From Planctomycetota bacterium (GTDB lineage: Bacteria > Planctomycetota > UBA11346), in contig JALHRW010000006.1 in NCBI GenBank assembly GCA_022841245.1, positions 823-64,822 on the forward strand: a stretch of DNA of 64,000 nucleotides. The letters run 5' to 3'. Shown here one piece after another: positions 61,237 through 64,000 of the stretch (the stretch's first letter is position 1; every line of letters begins with the position of its first letter). Position numbers and translations under genes: made by a program. The notes under the pieces are model-generated. The model ran no database searches. It was given only the letters and a program-made list of their open reading frames with translations, and had not been told where the DNA came from.

Positions 61237-64000
61237 ATGGTTGTCGCTCGCTCCGGTTCGGCCCTGCTGCTCTGCCTCGCTCTGGCTGCCTTTGCCGTCA
61301 TGGTCGGCTACGCCTTCCTGCGCAGCGCTGCCCGCAAGCAGATGACGGGACGCAGCGAGCAGTTCAACACCTTGGCCTACGTCGCGGCGCAGAGCGCTCT
61401 TGCCCACGCCACGGAGCAGATCCTCAAGGACTACAACGCCACGGACCTGGACATCGCATCGCGGGGAGCACTGGTCTCCGTGCCGCGGGCTCCGCAGCAT
61501 CTCGACGGGCCATACCGTGCCCCGTTCGTCGGCAGCAGAAGGCAGAACAGGCTCAGCTATGCCGATAGCTCCAACGCTCTCGAGGGCGTCGAGGTCAGCG
61601 AATACAACCATCTGGCCTTCACCCTGCAGACGATCGACTCCCAATACCGCTACGCCTGGTGGTACGATTTCCACAACAGCTACGATGGCCTGTACTCCCG
61701 GGCCAGCGGGAGCCAAGTCTACGACTCGCGAGGCCACCTCTACGAGCCGAACTACCATAACGTCACCCGTCCATCCCCGGCCATCGCCAATCCGACCCCG
61801 GTGGTGCATACCGTATTCATCGACGCTGCGGCACCGACGCCGGAACGCAACGAGGGTCTGTTCCTCGATGAGAACCTGCGCAGGATATCGGGCGGTACGC
61901 CTGATGACCGGCGTCGGAAGGCGCGCTACCGCCTGCGCTACGCGGTCGGGGTCGAGGATCTATCCGGTCATTTCCAGACCAATCCGCGCGCGGCCATGAA
62001 CCTCGACTGGTCAGACCCGGACAACGACTATCGGAAGGTCCCGGCCTGGGTCGAGCACAAGGGGTACGTCCTGCAGAACCACGTCAGCCGCTGGGACTCG
62101 GATATCCGCGATCTCCCTGGTCGGTTGCGTGCGAGCCATGTCTTCCTCGGTCGCGGCAGCGCCAGCAACGCCGACCGGGCCTGGGCGTCTGGTTCGCGCA
62201 ACGGACTGCCGGCCACCTTCCCCATGATGTTCCGCTCGGTCCAGAACCCGACGGGTTCACCCGCCGAGAAATTCCCTTGGTACGGCAATTTCAGCCACTG
62301 GCAGGGGAGCACGACGGATATGCAGGGCGGTAGGATCTACGGCTTCAGCAACAGCGTCGATGCCGCCTACGAGAGCATTGCCGCCAACCCGAATGGCGGG
62401 GAAATCCTCACGCCCGTCGGCCAGCCGCCGTCCTGCCCCTATGTCCATGCCCAGCTTGGACCCCAGCATTCCTGGTGGAACTTCCTCTATGCCACGAATG
62501 GCTACGCCATGCCGGACAACTGGCCGAGCGCCTTCGGGAACCGTGGCTGGTTCAAGGATGGCCAGAAGAGTTCGCCGGATTTCGCCACCGATTGGGCGCG
62601 GTGGAACACCTCTCTGACCCCGTTCGGGCGCAGGATCGTCGCCGTCCAGCCATGGAGGTCCGGTCATTATTACCGCCTCGACGATTGGGTGGAGGTCGGT
62701 GGCCGCCGCTTCGTCTGCGTCTCCCCGGGCGTCTCCTCGCTGTCTCCGACCTCCGGCGACCTCGTCGATAACAAGTTGGCTTGGCGCGATGAGGGGACGG
62801 AACGGCGCTGGTACCACGGCAAGCTCGACAATCCGTGGGAAATCAACCTGCTGACGGCGCCGGCCCTGACCATCTCCTCGATGATCACGTCCTACCTCCC
62901 GCCCTATGTGAAATCGTACCGCGATGCCGGCGGCAATCCGGTGATGTCCAGGGCGCATGATATCCTGAACGCGCAACTGAATTCGGGCTTGTCGGAATTC
63001 TCCGCTCCCCTCGACGGCGGCATCGTCAACTATTACCATAACTATAAACTCGACCCTCGCACACCGGAGCAGCGTTATCCTGGTCCGCTCTGCCGATCCG
63101 ATGTCGTGGCAGGCGACAACCTGGGGATGGTCGACAACCTGGGCAAGGACATCGACGTCGACCGGGCGGCCGGAACACGGGAACTCCATCAGCGGATCCG
63201 CAACATTGCCTGGTGCACCCACTCCTACAATCCGCTGCTGAACTACCTGCACAGCAATTCCCGATACGTGATCCAGCCGATGGTCTACACCGACAGCTAT
63301 TTCTTCGATCTCGCCCATGCCCTGAGTACGGCGATCTCCTACGTCCGAGCCACCTGGGTGCAGTACCCCAACCTGGTCTTCGATCCGAGGACCGGCTTCA
63401 GCCCACTTGGACTACGTGATCCGATGGCCTACGACACCATCGAGGAGGTTGATGCCCTGTTCCTGCGCCAACTCGGCGAGGACTGGAGCAATCCCGGCTA
63501 TCGCAATGGCGCCAATCCCATCAACAGCACTGCAACACCCAAATACATCTATAGTGTCGATCAGAATCCCGTGAAGAACACCATCCGTTCCCTGGTCGAC
63601 GATCCATCCAATCCGTTGGCGATCACCATCTCGCTCAAGGGCGTATCGAGAACGATCAACACCAGGGATCGTGCACGGGTCATGGAGCGCATGCTCAACG
63701 ACTGGCGCATGTCCTTCCTTGGCGCCAGTTCCGGGTACGTCGATTTCCGCCCCATGGACTTCGACCGCAACAACAAGGTCGATGCGTCCTGCTACGACAT
63801 CAACCCGGCGGCTACGACAGACGAAATGGAGTATTGCATCGCCCGCTGGAAACCGGTGGAAGCGACTGGTCGGGGACCGGCGCCGACGCCGTTCACCAAT
63901 TTCGACCCGGCCATCGGCAGCAATCCCTGGTTCTCCGCCACCGGCACCTTTTTCATCGGCAAGAGTCACTACTTCCGCGTCTTCACTCGCGGAGAAGTGT
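61237..64000 (+). CDS. Very large GspK-like minor pseudopilin/tip protein, 3' end beyond the window (more than 921 aa)
   Basis: It is not in the ORF track because the frame (61237 mod 3) stays open to the window end. I translated it by hand without meeting a stop: MVVARSGSALLLCLALAAFAVMVGYAFLRSAARKQ... through ...WFSATGTFFIGKSHYFRVFTRGEV. The last segment resembles the conserved GspK/PilX-type C-terminal core. Minus-strand ORFs 60001..61809, 62257..63318 and 63412..63969 are its shadows. Confidence 0.75.
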   Translation, partial: MVVARSGSALLLCLALAAFAVMVGYAFLRSAARKQMTGRSEQFNTLAYVAAQSALAHATEQILKDYNATDLDIASRGALVSVPRAPQHLDGPYRAPFVGSRRQNRLSYADSSNALEGVEVSEYNHLAFTLQTIDSQYRYAWWYDFHNSYDGLYSRASGSQVYDSRGHLYEPNYHNVTRPSPAIANPTPVVHTVFIDAAAPTPERNEGLFLDENLRRISGGTPDDRRRKARYRLRYAVGVEDLSGHFQTNPRAAMNLDWSDPDNDYRKVPAWVEHKGYVLQNHVSRWDSDIRDLPGRLRASHVFLGRGSASNADRAWASGSRNGLPATFPMMFRSVQNPTGSPAEKFPWYGNFSHWQGSTTDMQGGRIYGFSNSVDAAYESIAANPNGGEILTPVGQPPSCPYVHAQLGPQHSWWNFLYATNGYAMPDNWPSAFGNRGWFKDGQKSSPDFATDWARWNTSLTPFGRRIVAVQPWRSGHYYRLDDWVEVGGRRFVCVSPGVSSLSPTSGDLVDNKLAWRDEGTERRWYHGKLDNPWEINLLTAPALTISSMITSYLPPYVKSYRDAGGNPVMSRAHDILNAQLNSGLSEFSAPLDGGIVNYYHNYKLDPRTPEQRYPGPLCRSDVVAGDNLGMVDNLGKDIDVDRAAGTRELHQRIRNIAWCTHSYNPLLNYLHSNSRYVIQPMVYTDSYFFDLAHALSTAISYVRATWVQYPNLVFDPRTGFSPLGLRDPMAYDTIEEVDALFLRQLGEDWSNPGYRNGANPINSTATPKYIYSVDQNPVKNTIRSLVDDPSNPLAITISLKGVSRTINTRDRARVMERMLNDWRMSFLGASSGYVDFRPMDFDRNNKVDASCYDINPAATTDEMEYCIARWKPVEATGRGPAPTPFTNFDPAIGSNPWFSATGTFFIGKSHYFRVFTRGEV

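Overview
High-GC, gene-dense bacterial chromosomal window. All calls come from reading the sequence and the ORF track; no searches were run. Many long ORFs in the track are antisense shadows of real genes, as is usual in GC-rich DNA.

The window has four blocks:

(1) 1-6431, minus strand. An eight-gene chain, largely start/stop-coupled: HPF/RaiA-like, Zn-metallopeptidase, TerC, a CNNM/CBS transporter fused to a PtsN-like PTS EIIA domain, ExoD, a His/Cys-rich small membrane protein, then a czc/cus-type outer-membrane factor and the start of a membrane-fusion protein. Two convergent NhaR-type LysR regulators follow at 6575-8429.

(2) 8550-18493, plus strand. A nine-gene, almost gapless operon: DUF4914-like P-loop protein, purE, purK, SbtA-like bicarbonate permease, MFS transporter, a frameshifted Zn-ribbon protein, pyrC, bioA and cysD (with no cysN). 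This pyrC has no lysine where the carboxylated active-site Lys should be. After the operon come a P-type ATPase and a glycerol-1-phosphate-dehydrogenase-like/HAD pair.

(3) about 24.7-29.36 kb. A compositionally foreign Tn3-family element with a tyrosine recombinase plus tnpA. One terminal inverted repeat is recognisable.

(4) 29.4-64 kb, an envelope and glycan block. It contains IclR, an alginate-lyase-like protein, an M14 peptidase and a GH8 enzyme. A long minus-strand cluster then encodes a membrane pseudokinase, an ECF sigma factor, a FecR/LamG anti-sigma factor, two giant repeat proteins (1256 and 2461 aa), a HEAT protein, a Gly12 lipoprotein, a transglutaminase-like protein and a DUF4091-like protein. 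A divergent operon of five oversized, translationally coupled pseudopilins runs off the window end.

The most interesting signal is a bipartite motif, GCGAGAT-N12-TGCAAA, present exactly three times. It lies upstream of the ECF sigma operon and of both giant-protein transcription units, which suggests an ECF regulon driving an undescribed surface system. Taxon is not determinable by eye; the envelope block has a PVC-superphylum flavour (low confidence).
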